A stretch of 64,000 nucleotides of DNA. Origin: Eledone cirrhosa. Taxonomy: Eukaryota. Under the pieces are notes generated by a model. The model ran no database searches and was not told where the DNA came from. It saw nothing but the letters and a program-made list of their open reading frames with translations. The position numbers and the translations under genes were made by a program. This document shows, in pieces, positions 37,501 to 52,500 of the stretch. The stretch spans positions 27,652,001 to 27,716,000 of the forward strand of contig OZ024742.1 in NCBI GenBank assembly GCA_964016885.1. Direction: 5' to 3'. Position 1 is the stretch's first letter, and each line of letters opens with the position of its first letter.

Positions 37501-40500
37501 TGGCATGTAAGAGAGAAGACTGCATTGTTACAGACATGACTGGGTTTAAGAGGAATACTAGGTGGCATGTAAGAGAGAAGACTGCATTATTACAGACATG
37601 ACTGGGTTTAAGAGGAATGCTAGGTGGCATGTAAGAGAGAAGACTGCATTGTTACAGACATGACTGGGTGTAAGAGGAATACTATGTGGCATGTAAGAGA
37701 GAAGACTGCATTGTTAGAGACATGACTGGGTTTAAGAGGAATACTAGGTGGCATGTAACAGAGAAGACTGCATTATTACAGACATGACTGGGTTTAAGAG
37801 GAATGCTGGGTGGCATGTAAGAGAGAAGACTGCATTGTTACAGACATGACTGGGTTTAAGAGAAATGCTAGGTGGCATGTAAGAGTGAAGACTGCATTGT
37901 TACAGACATGACTGGGTTTAAGAGGAATGCTAGGTGGCATGTAAGAGAGAAGACTGCATTGTTAGAGACATGACTGGGTTTAAGAGGAATACTAGGTGGC
38001 ATGTAAGAGAGAAGACTTCATTATTATAGACATGACTGAGTTTAAGAGGAATACTAGGTGGCATGTAAGAGAGAAGACTGCATTGTTACAGACATGACTG
38101 GGTTTAACAGGAATGCTAGTAGGCATGTAAGAGAGAAGACTGCATTGTTACAGACATGACTGAGTTTAAGAGGAATGCTAGGTGGCATGTAAGAGAGAAG
38201 ACTGCTTTGTTACAGAGATGACTGGGTTTAAGAGGAATACTAGGTGGCATGTAAGAGAGAAGACTACATTGTTACAGACATGACTGGGTTTAAGAGGAAT
38301 GCTAGGTGGCATGTAAGATAGAAGACTGCATTGTTACAGACATGACTGGGTTTTAGAGGAATGCTAGGTGGCATGTAAGAGAGAAGACTGCATTGTTACA
38401 GACATGACTGGGTTTAAGAGGAATGCTAGGTGGCATGTAAGAGAGAAGACTGCATTGTTACAGACATGACTGGGTTTAAGAGGAATGCTAGGTGGCATGT
38501 AAGATAGAAGACTGCATTGTTACAGACATGACTGGGTTTAAGAGGAATGCTAGGTGGCATGTGAGAGAGAAGACTGCATTGTTACAGACATGACTGGGTT
38601 TAAGAGGAATGCTAGGTGGCATGTAAGAGAGAAGACTGCATTGTTACAGACATGACTGGGTTTAAGAGGAATGCTAGGTGGCATGTAAGAGAGAAGACTG
38701 CATTGTTACAGACATGACTGGGTTTAAGAGGAATGCTAGGTGGCATGTAAGAGAGAAGACTGCATTGTTACAGACATGACTGGGTTTAACAGGAATGCTA
38801 GTAGGCATGTAAGAGAGAAGACTGCATTGTTACAGACATGATTGGGTTTAAGAGGAATGCTAGGTGGCATGTAAGAGAGAAGACTGCATTGTTACAGACA
38901 TGACTGGGTTTAAAAGGAATACTAGGTGGCATGTAAGAGATAAGACTGCATTGTTACAGACATGACTGGGTTTAAAAGGAATACTAGGTGGCATGTAAGA
39001 GAGAAGACTGCATTGTTACAGACATGACTGGGTGTAAGAGGAATACTATGTGGCATGTAAGAGAGAAGACTGCATTGTTAGAGACATGACTGGGTTTAAG
39101 AGGAATACTAGGTGGCATGTAAGAGAGAAGACTGCATTATTACAGACATGACTGGGTTTAAGAGGAATGCTGGGTGGCATGTAAGAGAGAAGACTGCATT
39201 GTTACAGACATGACTGGGTTTAAGAGAAATGCTAGGTGGCATGTAAGAGTGAAGACTGCATTGTTACAGACATGACTGGGTTTAAGAGGAATGCTAGGTG
39301 GCATGTAAGAGAAAAGACTGCATTGTTAGAGACATGACTGGGTTTAAGAGGAATACTAGGTGGCATGTAAGAGAGAAGACTTCATTATTATAGACATGAC
39401 TGAGTTTAAGAGGAATACTAGGTGGCATGTAAGAGAGAAGACTGCATTGTTACAGACATGACTGGGTTTAACAGGAATGCTAGTAGGCATGTAAGAGAGA
39501 AGACTGCATTGTTACAGACATGACTGAGTTTAAGAGGAATGCTAGGTGGCATGTAAGAGAGAAGACTGCTTTGTTACAGAGATGACTGGGTTTAAGAGGA
39601 ATACTAGGTGGCATGTAAGAGAGAAGACTACATTGTTACAGACATGACTGGGTTTAAGAGGAATGCTAGGTGGCATGTAAGATAGAAGGCTGCATTGTTA
39701 CAGACATGACTGGGTTTTAGAGGAATGCTAGGTGGTATGTAAGAGAGAAGACTGCATTGTTACAGACATGACTGGGTTTAAGAGGAATGCTAGGTGGCAT
39801 GTAAGAGAGAAGACTGCATTGTTACAGACATGACTGGGTTTAAGAGGAATGCTAGGTGGCATGTAAGAGAGAAGACTGCATTGTTACGGAGATGACTGGG
39901 TTTAAGAGGAATGATAGGTGGCATGTAAGAGAGAAGACTGCATTGTTACAGACATGACTGGGTTTAAGAGGAATGCTAGGTGGCATGTAAGAGAGAAGAC
40001 TGCATTGTTACAGACTTGACTGGGTTTAAGAGGAATGCTAGGTGGCATGTAAGAGAGAAAACTGCATTGTTACAGAAATGACTGGGTTTAAGAGGAATGC
40101 TAGGTGGCATATAAGAGAGAAGAATGCATTGTTACAGAGATGACTGGGTTTAAGAGAAATGATAGGTGGCATGTAAGAGAGAAGACTGCATTGTTACAGA
40201 CAAGACTGGGTTTAAGAGGAATGCTAGGTGGCATGTAAGAGAGAAGACTGCATTGTTACAGACATGACTGGGTTTAAGAGGAATACTAGGTGGCATGTAA
40301 GAGAGAAGACTGCATTATTACAGACATGACTGGGTTTAAGAGGAATGCTGGGTGGCATGTAAGAGAGAAGACTGCATTGTTACAGACATGACTGGGTTTA
40401 AGAGAAATGCTAGGTGGCATGTAAGAGTGAAGACTGCATTGTTACAGACATGACTGGGTTTAAGAGGAATGCTAGGTGGCATGTAAGAGAGAAGACTGCA

Positions 40501-43500
40501 TTGTTAGAGACATGACTGGGTTTAAGAGGAATACTAGGTGGCATGTAAGAGAGAAGACTTCATTATTATAGACATGACTGGGTTTAAGAGGAATGCTAGG
40601 TGGCATGTAAGAGAGAAGACTGCATTGTTACAGACATGACTGGGTTTAAGAGGAATACTAGGTGGCATGTAAGAGCGAAGACTGCATTGTTACAGACATG
40701 ACTGAGTTTAAGAGGAATGCTAGGTGGCATGTAAGAGAATAAATTGCATTGTTACAGACATGACTGGGTTTAAGAGGAATACTAGGTGACATGTAAGAGA
40801 GAAGACTGCATTGTTACAGACATGACTGGATTTTAGAGGAATACTAGGTGGCATGTAAGAGAGAAGACTGCATTGTTACAGACATGACTGGGTTTAAGAG
40901 GAATGATAGGTGGCATGTAAGAGAGAAGACTGCATTGTTACAGACATGACTGGGTTTAAGAGGAATGCTAGGTGGCATGTAAGAGAGAAGACTGCATTGT
41001 TACAGACATGACTGGGTTTAAGAGGAATGCTAGGTGGCATGTAACAGAGAAGACTGCATTGTTACAGACATGACTGGGTTTAAGAGGAATGCTAGGTTGC
41101 ATGTAAGAGAGAAGACTGCATTGTTACAGACATGACTGGGTTTAAGAGGAATGCTAGGTGGCATGTAAGAGTGAAGACTGCATTGTTACAGACATGACTG
41201 GGTTTAAGAGGAATGCTAGGTGGCATGTAAGAGAGAAGACTGCATTGTTACAGACATGACTGGGTTTAACAGGAATGCTAGGTGGCATGTAAGAGAGAAT
41301 ACTGCATTGTTACAGACATGACTGGGTTTAATAGGAATGCTAGGTGGCATGTAAGAGTGAAGACTGCATTGTTACAGACATGACTGGGTTTAAGAGGAAT
41401 GCTAGGTGGCATGTAAGAGTGAAGACTGCATTGTTACAGACATGACTGGGTTTACGAGGAATACTAGGTGGCATGTAAGAGTGAAGACTGCATTGTTACA
41501 GACATGACTGGGTTTAAGAGGAATGCTAGGTGGCATGTAAGAGAGAAGACTGTATTGTTGCAGACATGACTGGGTTTAAGAGGAATGCTAGGTGGCATTT
41601 AAGATAGAAGACTGCATTGTTACAGACATGACTGGGTTTAAGAGGAATGCTAGGTGGCACGTAAGAGTGAAGACTGCATTGTTACAGACATGACTGGGTT
41701 TAAGAGGAATGCTAGGTGGCATGTAAGAGTGAAGACTGCATTGTTACAGACATGACTGGGTTTAACAGGAATGCTAGGTGGCATGTAAGAGTGAAGACTG
41801 CATTGTTACAAACATGACTGGGTTTAAGAGGAATACTAGGTGGCATGTAAGAGAGAAGACTGCATTGTTACAGACATGACTGGGTTTAAGAGGAATGCTA
41901 GGTGGCATGTAAGAGAGAAGACTGCATTGTTACAGACATGACTGGGTTTAAGAGAAATGCTAGGTGGCATGTAAGAGTGAAGACTGCATTGTTACAGACA
42001 TGACTGGGTTTAAGAGGAATGCTAGGTGGCATGTAAGAGAGAAGACTGCATTGTTAGAGACATGACTGGGTTTAAGAGGAATACTAGGTGGCATGTAAGA
42101 GAGAAGACTTCATTATTATAGACATGACTGGGTTTAAGAAGAATGCTAGGTGGCATGTAAGAGAGAAGACTGCATTGTTACAGACATGACTGGGTTTAAG
42201 AGGAATACTAGGTGGCATGTAAGAGCGAAGACTGCATTGTTACAGACATGACTGAGTTTAAGAGGAATGCTAGGTGGCATGTAAGAGAAAAAATTGCATT
42301 GTTACAGACATGACTGGGTTTAAGAGGAATACTAGGTGACATGTAAGAGAGAAGACTGCATTGTTACAGACATGACTGGATTTTAGAGGAATACTAGGTG
42401 GCATGTAAGAGAGAAGACTGCATTGTTACAGACATGACTGGGTTTAAGAGGAATGATAGGTGGCATGTAAGAGAGAAGACTGCATTGTTACAGACATGAC
42501 TGGGTTTAAGAGGAATGCTAGGTGGCATGTAAGAGAGAAGACTGCATTGTTACAGACATGACTGGGTTTAAGAGGAATGCTAGGTGGCATGTAACAGAGA
42601 AGACTGCATTGTTACAGACATGACTGGGTTTAAGAGGAATGCTAGGTTGCATGTAAGAGAGAAGACTGCATTGTTACAGACATGACTGGGTTTAAGAGGA
42701 ATGCTAGGTGGCATGTAAGAGTGAAGACTGCATTGTTACAGACATGACTGGGTTTAAGAGGAATGCTAGGTGGCATGTAAGAGAGAAGACTGCATTGTTA
42801 CAGACATGACTGGGTTTAACAGGAATGCTAGGTGGCATGTAAGAGAGAATACTGCATTGTTACAGACATGACTGGGTTTAAGAGGAATGATAGGTGGCAT
42901 GTAAGAGAGAAGACTGCATTGTTACAGACATGACTGGGTTTAAGAGGAATGCTAGGTGGCATGTAAGAGAGAAGACTGCATTGTTACAGACATGACTGGG
43001 TTTAAGAGGAATGCTAGGTGGCATGTAACAGAGAAGACTGCATTGTTACAGACATGACTGGGTTTAAGAGGAATGCTAGGTTGCATGTAAGAGAGAAGAC
43101 TGCATTGTTACAGACATGACTGGGTTTAAGAGGAATGCTAGGTGGCATGTAAGAGTGAAGACTGCATTGTTACAGACATGACTGGGTTTAAGAGGAATGC
43201 TAGGTGGCATGTAAGAGAGAAGACTGCATTGTTACAGACATGACTGGGTTTAACAGGAATGCTAGGTGGCATGTAAGAGAGAATACTGCATTGTTACAGA
43301 CATGACTGGGTTTAATAGGAATGCTAGGTGGCATGTAAGAGTGAAGACTGCATTGTTACAGACATGACTGGGTTTAAGAGGAATGCTAGGTGGCATGTAA
43401 GAGTGAAGACTGCATTGTTACAGACATGACTGGGTTTACGAGGAATACTAGGTGGCATGTAAGAGTGAAGACTGCATTGTTACAGACATGACTGGGTTTA

Positions 43501-46500
43501 AGAGGAATGCTAGGTGGCATGTAAGAGAGAAGACTGTATTGTTGCAGACATGACTGGGTTTAAGAGGAATGCTAGGTGGCATTTAAGATAGAAGACTGCA
43601 TTGTTACAGACATGACTGGGTTTAAGAGGAATGCTAGGTGGCACGTAAGAGTGAAGACTGCATTGTTACAGACATGACTGGGTTTAAGAGGAATGCTAGG
43701 TGGCATGTAAGAGTGAAGACTGCATTGTTACAGACATGACTGGGTTTAACAGGAATGCTAGGTGGCATGTAAGAGTGAAGACTGCATTGTTACAAACATG
43801 ACTGGGTTTAAGAGGAATACTAGGTGGCATGTAAGAGAGAAGACTGCATTGTTACAGACATGACTGGGTTTAAGAGGAATGCTAGGTGGCATGTAACAGA
43901 GAAGACTGCATTGTTACAGACATGACTGGGTTTAAGAGAAATGCTAGGTGGCATGTAAGAGTGAAGACTGCATTGTTACAGACATGACTGGGTTTAAGAG
44001 GAATGCTAGGTGGCATGTAAGAGAGAAGACTGCATTGTTAGAGACATGACTGGGTTTAAGAGGAATACTAGGTGGCATGTAAGAGAGAAGACTTCATTAT
44101 TATAGACATGACTGGGTTTAAGAAGAATGCTAGGTGGCATGTAAGAGAGAAGACTGCATTGTTACAGACATGACTGGGTTTAAGAGGAATACTAGGTGGC
44201 ATGTAAGAGCGAAGACTGCATTGTTACAGACATGACTGAGTTTAAGAGGAATGCTAGGTGGCATGTAAGAGAAAAAATTGCATTGTTACAGACATGACTG
44301 GGTTTAAGAGGAATACTAGGTGACATGTAAGAGAGAAGACTGCATTGTTACAGACATGACTGGATTTTAGAGGAATACTAGGTGGCATGTAAGAGAGAAG
44401 ACTGCATTGTTACAGACATGACTGGGTTTAAGAGGAATGATAGGTGGCATGTAAGAGAGAAGACTGCATTGTTACAGACATGACTGGGTTTAAGAGGAAT
44501 GCTAGGTGGCATGTAAGAGAGAAGACTGCATTGTTACAGACATGACTGGGTTTAAGAGGAATGCTAGGTGGCATGTAACAGAGAAGACTGCATTGTTACA
44601 GACATGACTGGGTTTAAGAGGAATGCTAGGTTGCATGTAAGAGAGAAGACTGCATTGTTACAGACATGACTGGGTTTAAGAGGAATGCTAGGTGGCATGT
44701 AAGAGTGAAGACTGCATTGTTACAGACATGACTGGGTTTAAGAGGAATGCTAGGTGGCATGTAAGAGAGAAGACTGCATTGTTACAGACATGACTGGGTT
44801 TAACAGGAATGCTAGGTGGCATGTAAGAGAGAATACTGCATTGTTACAGACATGACTGGGTTTAATAGGAATGCTAGGTGGCATGTAAGAGTGAAGACTG
44901 CATTGTTACAGACATGACTGGGTTTAAGAGGAATGCTAGGTGGCATGTAAGAGTGAAGACTGCAGTGTTACAGACATGACTGGGTTTACGAGGAATACTA
45001 GGTGGCATGTAAGAGTGAAGACTGCATTGTTACAGACATGACTGGGTTTAAGAGGAATGCTAGGTGGCATGTAAGAGAGAAGACTGTATTGTTGCAGACA
45101 TGACTGGGTTTAAGAGGAATGCTAGGTGGCATTTAAGATAGAAGACTGCATTGTTACAGACATGACTGGGTTTAAGAGGAATGCTAGGTGGCACGTAAGA
45201 GTGAAGACTGCATTGTTACAGACATGACTGGGTTTAAGAGGAATGCTAGGTGGCATGTAAGAGTGAAGACTGCATTGTTACAGACATGACTGGGTTTAAC
45301 AGGAATGCTAGGTGGCATGTAAGAGTGAAGACTGCATTGTTACAAACATGACTGGGTTTAAGAGGAATACTAGGTGGCATGTAAGAGAGAAGACTGCATT
45401 GTTACAGACATGACTGGGTTTAAGAGGAATGCTAGGTGGGATGTAAGAGAGAAGACTGCATTGTTACAGACATGACTGGGTTTAAGAGGAATGCTAGGTG
45501 GCATGTAAGAGAGAAGACTGCATTGTTACAGACATGACTGGGTTTAACAGGAATGCTAGGTGGCATGTAAGAGAGAAGACTGCATTGTTAGAGACATGAC
45601 TGGGTTTAAGAGGAATACTAGGTGGCATGTAAGAGAGAAGACTTCATTATTATAGGCATGACTGGGTTTAAGAGGAATGCTAGGTGGCATGTAAGAGAGA
45701 AGACTGCATTGTTACAGACATGACTGGGTTTAAGAGGAATACTAGGTGGCATGTAAGAGCGAAGACTGCATTGTTACAGGCATGACTGAGTTTAAGAGGA
45801 ATGCTAGGTGGCATGTAAGAGAAAAAATTGCATTGTTACAGACATGACTGGGTTTAAGAGGAATACTAGGTGACATGTAAGAGAGAAGACTGCATTGTTA
45901 CAGACATGACTGGATTTTAGAGGAATACTAGGTGGCATGTAAGAGAGAAGACTGCATTGTTACAGACATGACTGGGTTTAAGAGGAATACTAGGTGGCAT
46001 GTAAGAGTGAAGACTGCATTGTTACAGACATGACTGGATTTTAGAGGAATACTAGGTGGCATGTAAGAGTGAAGACTGCATTGTTACAGACATGACTGGG
46101 TTTACGAGGAATACTAGGTGGCATGTAAGAGTGAAGACTGCATTGTTACAGACATGACTGGGTTTAAGAGGAATGCTAGGTGGCATTTAAGATAGAAGAC
46201 TGCATTGTTACAGACATGACTGGGTTTAAGAGGAATGCTAGGTGGCACGTAAGAGTGAAGACTGCATTGTTACAGACATGACTGGGTTTAAGAGGAATGC
46301 TAGGTGGCATGTAAGAGTGAAGACTGCATTGTTACAGACATGACTGGGTTTAACAGGAATGCTAGGTGGCATGTAAGAGTGAAGACTGCATTGTTACAAA
46401 CATGACTGGGTTTAAGAGGAATACTAGGTGGCATGTAAGAGAGAAGACTGCATTGTTACAGACATGACTGGGTTTAAGAGGAATGCTAGGTGGGATGTAA

Positions 46501-49500
46501 GAGAGAAGACTGCATTGTTACAGACATGACTGGGTTTAAGAGGAATGCTAGGTGGCATGTAAGAGAGAAGACTGCATTGTTACAGACATGACTGGGTTTA
46601 ACAGGAATGCTAGGTGGCATGTAAGAGAGAAGACTGCATTGTTAGAGACATGACTGGGTTTAAGAGGAATACTAGGTGGCATGTAAGAGAGAAGACTTCA
46701 TTATTATAGACATGACTGGGTTTAAGAGGAATGCTAGGTGGCATGTAAGAGAGAAGACTGCATTGTTACAGACATGACTGGGTTTAAGAGGAATACTAGG
46801 TGGCATGTAAGAGCGAAGACTGCATTGTTACAGACATGACTGAGTTTAAGAGGAATGCTAGGTGGCATGTAAGAGAAAAAATTGCATTGTTACAGACATG
46901 ACTGGGTTTAAGAGGAATACTAGGTGACATGTAAGAGAGAAGACTGCATTGTTACAGACATGACTGGATTTTAGAGGAATACTAGGTGGCATGTAAGAGA
47001 GAAGACTGCATTGTTACAGACATGACTGGGTTTAAGAGGAATGATAGGTGGCATGTAAGAGAGAAGACTGCATTGTTACAGACATGACTGGGTTTAAGAG
47101 GAATGCTAGGTGGCATGTAAGAGAGAAGACTGCATTGTTACAGACATGACTGGGTTTAAGAGGAATGCTAGGTGGCATGTAAGAGAGAAGACTGCATTGT
47201 TACAGACATGACTGGGTTTAAGAGGAATGCTAGGTGGCATGTAAGAGAGAAGACTGCATTGTTACAGACATGACTGGGTTTAAGAGGAATGCTAGGTGGC
47301 ATGTAAGAGTGAAGACTGCATTGTTACAGACATGACTGGGTTTAAGAGGAATGCTAGGTGGCATGTAAGAGAAAAGACTGCATTGTTACAGACATGACTG
47401 GGTTTAACAGGAATGCTAGGTGGCATGTAAGAGAGAATACTGCATTGTTACAGACATGACTGGGTTTAATAAGAATGCTAGGTGGCATGTAAGAGTGAAG
47501 ACTGCATTGTTACAGACATGACTGGGTTTAAGAGGAATGCTAGGTGGCATGTAAGAGTGAAGACTGCATTGTTACAGACATGACTGGGTTTACGAGGAAT
47601 ACTAGGTGGCATGTAAGAGTGAAGACTGCATTGTTACAGACATGACTGGGTTTAAGAGGAATGCTAGGTGGCATGTAAGAGAGAAGACTGTATTGTTGCA
47701 GACATGACTGGGTTTAAGAGGAATGCTAGGTGGCATTTAAGATAGAAGACTGCATTGTTACAGACATGACTGGGTTTAAGAGGAATGCTAGGTGGCACGT
47801 AAGAGTGAAGACTGCATTGTTACAGACATGACTGGGTTTAAGAGGAATGCTAGGTGGCATGTAAGAGTGAAGACTGCATTGTTACAGACATGACTGGGTT
47901 TACCAGGAATGCTAGGTGGCATGTAAGAGTGAAGACTGCATTGTTACAAACATGACTGGGTTTAAGAGGAATACTAGGTGGCATGTAAGAGAGAAGACTG
48001 CATTGTTACAGACATGACTGGGATTAAGAGGAATGCTAGGTGGGATGTAAGAGAGAAGACTGCATTGTTACAGACATGACTGGGTTTAAGAGGAATGCTA
48101 GGTGGCATGTAAGAGAGAAGACTGCATTGTTACAGACATGACTGGGTTTAAGAGGAATGCTAGGTGGCATGTAAGAGAGAAGACTGCATTGTTACAGACA
48201 TGACTGGGTTTAAGAGGAATGCTAGGTGGCATGTAAGAGAGAAGACTGCATTGTTACAGACATAACTGGGTTTAAGAGGAATGCTAGGTGGCATGTAAGA
48301 GAGAAGACTGTATTGTTACAGACATGACTGGGTTTAAGAGGAATGCTAGGTGGCATGTAAGAGAGAAGACTGTATTGTTGCAGACATGACTGGGTTTAAG
48401 AGGAATGCTAGGTGGCATGTAAGATAGAAGACTGCATTGTTACAGACATGACTGGGTTTAAGAGGAATGCTAGGTGGCACGTAAGAGTGAAGACTGCATT
48501 GTTACAGACATGACTGGGTTTAAGAGGAATGCTAGGTGGCATGTAAGAGTGAAGACTTCATTGTTACAGACATGACTGGGTTTAAGAGGAATACTAGTTG
48601 GCATGTAAGAGTGAAGACTGCATTGTTACAGACATGACTGGGTTTAAGAGGAATGCTAGGTGGCATGTAAGAGAGAAGACTGCATTGTTACAGACATGAC
48701 TGGGTTTAAGAATAATGCTAGGTGGCATGTAAGAGTGAAGACTGCATTGTTAGAGACATGACTGGGTTTAAGAGGAATGCTAGGTGGAATGTAAGAGAGA
48801 AGACTGCATTGTTACAGACATGACTGGGTTTAAGAATAATGCTAGGTGGCATGTAAGAGTGAAGACTGCATTGTTAGAGACATGACTGGGTTTAAGAGGA
48901 ATGCTAGGTGGCATGTAAGAGTGAAGACTGCATTGTTACAAACATGACTGGGTTTAAAAGGAATACTAGGTGGCATGTAAGAGAGAAGACTGCATTGTTA
49001 CAGACATGACTGGGTTTAAGAGGAATGCTAGGTGGGATGGAAGAGAGAAGACTGCATTGTTACAGACATGACTGGGTTTAAGAGGAATGCTAGGTGGCAT
49101 GTAAGAGAGAAGACTGTATTGTTACAGACATGACTGGGTTTAAGAGGAATGCTAGGTGGCATGTAAGAGAGAAGACTGTATTGTTGCAGACATGACTGGG
49201 TTTAAGAGGAATGCTAGGTGGCATGTAAGATAGAAGACTGCATTGTTACAGACATGACTGGGTTTAAGAGGAATGTTAGGTGGCACGTAAGAGTGAAGAC
49301 TGCATTGTTACAGACATGACTGGGTTTAAGAGGAATACTAGGTGGCATGTAAGAGTGAAGACTTCATTGTTACAGACATGACTGGGTTTAAGAGGAATGC
49401 TAGGTGGCATGTAAGAGAGAAGACTGCATTGTTACAGACCTGACTGGGTTTAAGAGGAATAGTAGCTGGCATGTAAGAGTGAAGACTGCATTGTTACAGA

Positions 49501-52500
49501 CATGACTGGGTTTAAGAGGAATCCTCGGTGGCATGTAAGAGAGAAGACTGCATTGTTACAGACATGACTGGGTTTAAGAGGAATGCTAGGTGGCATGTAA
49601 GAGAAAAAACTGCATTGTTACAGACATGACTGGGTTTAAGAGGAATACTGAGTGGCATGTAAGAGAGAAGACTGCATCGTTACAGACATGACTGGGTTTA
49701 AGAGGAATGCTAGGTGGCATGTAAGAGATAAGACTGCATTTTTACAGACATGACTGGGTTTAAGAGGAATGTTAGGGGGCATGTAAGAGAGAAGACTGCA
49801 TTGTTACAGACATGACTGGGTTTAAGAGGAATACTAAGTGGCACGTAAGAGAGAACACTGCATTGTTACAGACATGACTGGGTTTAAGAGGAATGCTAGG
49901 TGGCATGTAAGAGAGAAGACTGCATTGTTACAGACATGACTGGGTTTAAGAGGATGCTAGGTGGCACGTAAGAGTGAAGACTGCATTGTTACAGACATGA
50001 CTGGGTTTAAGAGGAATGCTAGGTGGCATGTAAGAGTGAAGACTGCATTGTTACAGACATGACTGGGTTTACCAGGAATGCTAGGTGGCATGTAAGAGTG
50101 AAGACTGCATTGTTACAAACATGACTGGGTTTAAGAGGAATACTAGGTGGCATGTAAGAGAGAAGACTGCATTGTTACAGACATGACTGGGTTTAAGAGG
50201 AATGCTAGGTGGGATGTAAGAGAGAAGACTGCATTGTTACAGACATGACTGGGTTTAAGAGGAATGCTAGGTGGCATGTAAGAGAGAAGACTGCATTGTT
50301 ACAGACATGACTGGGTTTAAGAGGAATGCTAGGTGGCATGTAAGAGAGAAGACTGCATTGTTACAGACATGACTGGGTTTAAGAGGAATGCTAGGTGGCA
50401 TGTAAGAGAGAAGACTGCATTGTTACAGACATAACTGGGTTTAAGAGGAATGCTAGGTGGCATGTAAGAGAGAAGACTGTATTGTTACAGACATGACTGG
50501 GTTTAAGAGGAATGCTAGGTGGCATGTAAGAGAGAAGACTGTATTGTTACAGACATGACTGGGTTTAAGAGGAATGCTAGGTGGCATGTAAGATAGAAGA
50601 CTGCATTGTTACAGACATGACTGGGTTTAAGAGGAATGCTAGGTGGCACGTAAGAGTGAAGACTGCATTGTTACAGACATGACTGGGTTTAAGAGGAATG
50701 CTAGGTGGCATGTAAGAGTGAAGACTTCATTGTTACAGACATGACTGGGTTTAAGAGGAATACTAGTTGGCATGTAAGAGTGAAGACTGCATTGTTACAG
50801 ACATGACTGGGTTTAAGAGGAATGCTAGGTGGCATGTAAGAGAGAAGACTGCATTGTTACAGACATGACTGGGTTTAAGAATAATGCTAGGTGGCATGTA
50901 AGAGTGAAGACTGCATTGTTAGAGACATGACTGGGTTTAAGAGGAATGCTAGGTGGAATGTAAGAGAGAAGACTGCATTGTTACAGACATGACTGGGTTT
51001 AAGAATAATGCTAGGTGGCATGTAAGAGTGAAGACTGCATTGTTAGAGACATGACTGGGTTTAAGAGGAATGCTAGGTGGCATGTAAGAGTGAAGACTGC
51101 ATTGTTACAAACATGACTGGGTTTAAAAGGAATACTAGGTGGCATGTAAGAGAGAAGACTGCATTGTTACAGACATGACTGGGTTTAAGAGGAATGCTAG
51201 GTGGGATGGAAGAGAGAAGACTGCATTGTTACAGACATGACTGGGTTTAAGAGGAATGCTAGGTGGCATGTAAGAGAGAAGACTGTATTGTTACAGACAT
51301 GACTGGGTTTAAGAGGAATGCTAGGTGGCATGTAAGAGAGAAGACTGTATTGTTGCAGACATGACTGGGTTTAAGAGGAATGCTAGGTGGCATGTAAGAT
51401 AGAAGACTGCATTGTTACAGACATGACTGGGTTTAAGAGGAATGTTAGGTGGCACGTAAGAGTGAAGACTGCATTGTTACAGACATGACTGGGTTTAAGA
51501 GGAATACTAGGTGGCATGTAAGAGTGAAGACTTCATTGTTACAGACATGACTGGGTTTAAGAGGAATGCTAGGTGGCATGTAAGAGAGAAGACTGCATTG
51601 TTACAGACCTGACTGGGTTTAAGAGGAATAGTAGCTGGCATGTAAGAGTGAAGACTGCATTGTTACAGACATGACTGGGTTTAAGAGGAATCCTCGGTGG
51701 CATGTAAGAGAGAAGACTGCATTGTTACAGACATGACTGGGTTTAAGAGGAATGCTAGGTGGCATGTAAGAGAAAAAACTGCATTGTTACAGACATGACT
51801 GGGTTTAAGAGGAATACTGAGTGGCATGTAAGAGAGAAGACTGCATCGTTACAGACATGACTGGGTTTAAGAGGAATGCTAGGTGGCATGTAAGAGATAA
51901 GACTGCATTTTTACAGACATGACTGGGTTTAAGAGGAATGTTAGGGAGCATGTAAGAGAGAAGACTGCATTGTTACAGACATGACTGGGTTTAAGAGGAA
52001 TACTAAGTGGCACGTAAGAGAGAACACTGCATTGTTACAGACATGACTGGGTTTAAGAGGAATGCTAGGTGGCATGTAAGAGAGAAGACTGCATTGTTAC
52101 AGACATGACTGGGTTTAAGAGGATGCTAGGTTGCATGTAAGAGAGAAGACTGCATTGTTAAAGACATGACTGGGTTTAAGAGGAATGCTAGGTGGCATGT
52201 AAGACGAAAAACTGCATTGTTACAAACATGACTGGGTTTAAGAGGAATACTAAGTGGCATGTAAGAGAGAAGACTGCATTGTTACAGACATGACTTGGTT
52301 TAAGAGGAATGCTAGGGGGCATGTAAGAGAGAAGACTGCATTGTTACAGACATGGCTTGGTTTAAGAGGAATGCTAGGGGGCATGTAAGAGAGAAGACTG
52401 CATTGTTACAGACATAACTGGGTTTAAGAGGAATACTATGTGGCATGTAAGAGAGAAGACTGCATTGTTACAGACATGACTGGGTTTAAGAGGAATGCTA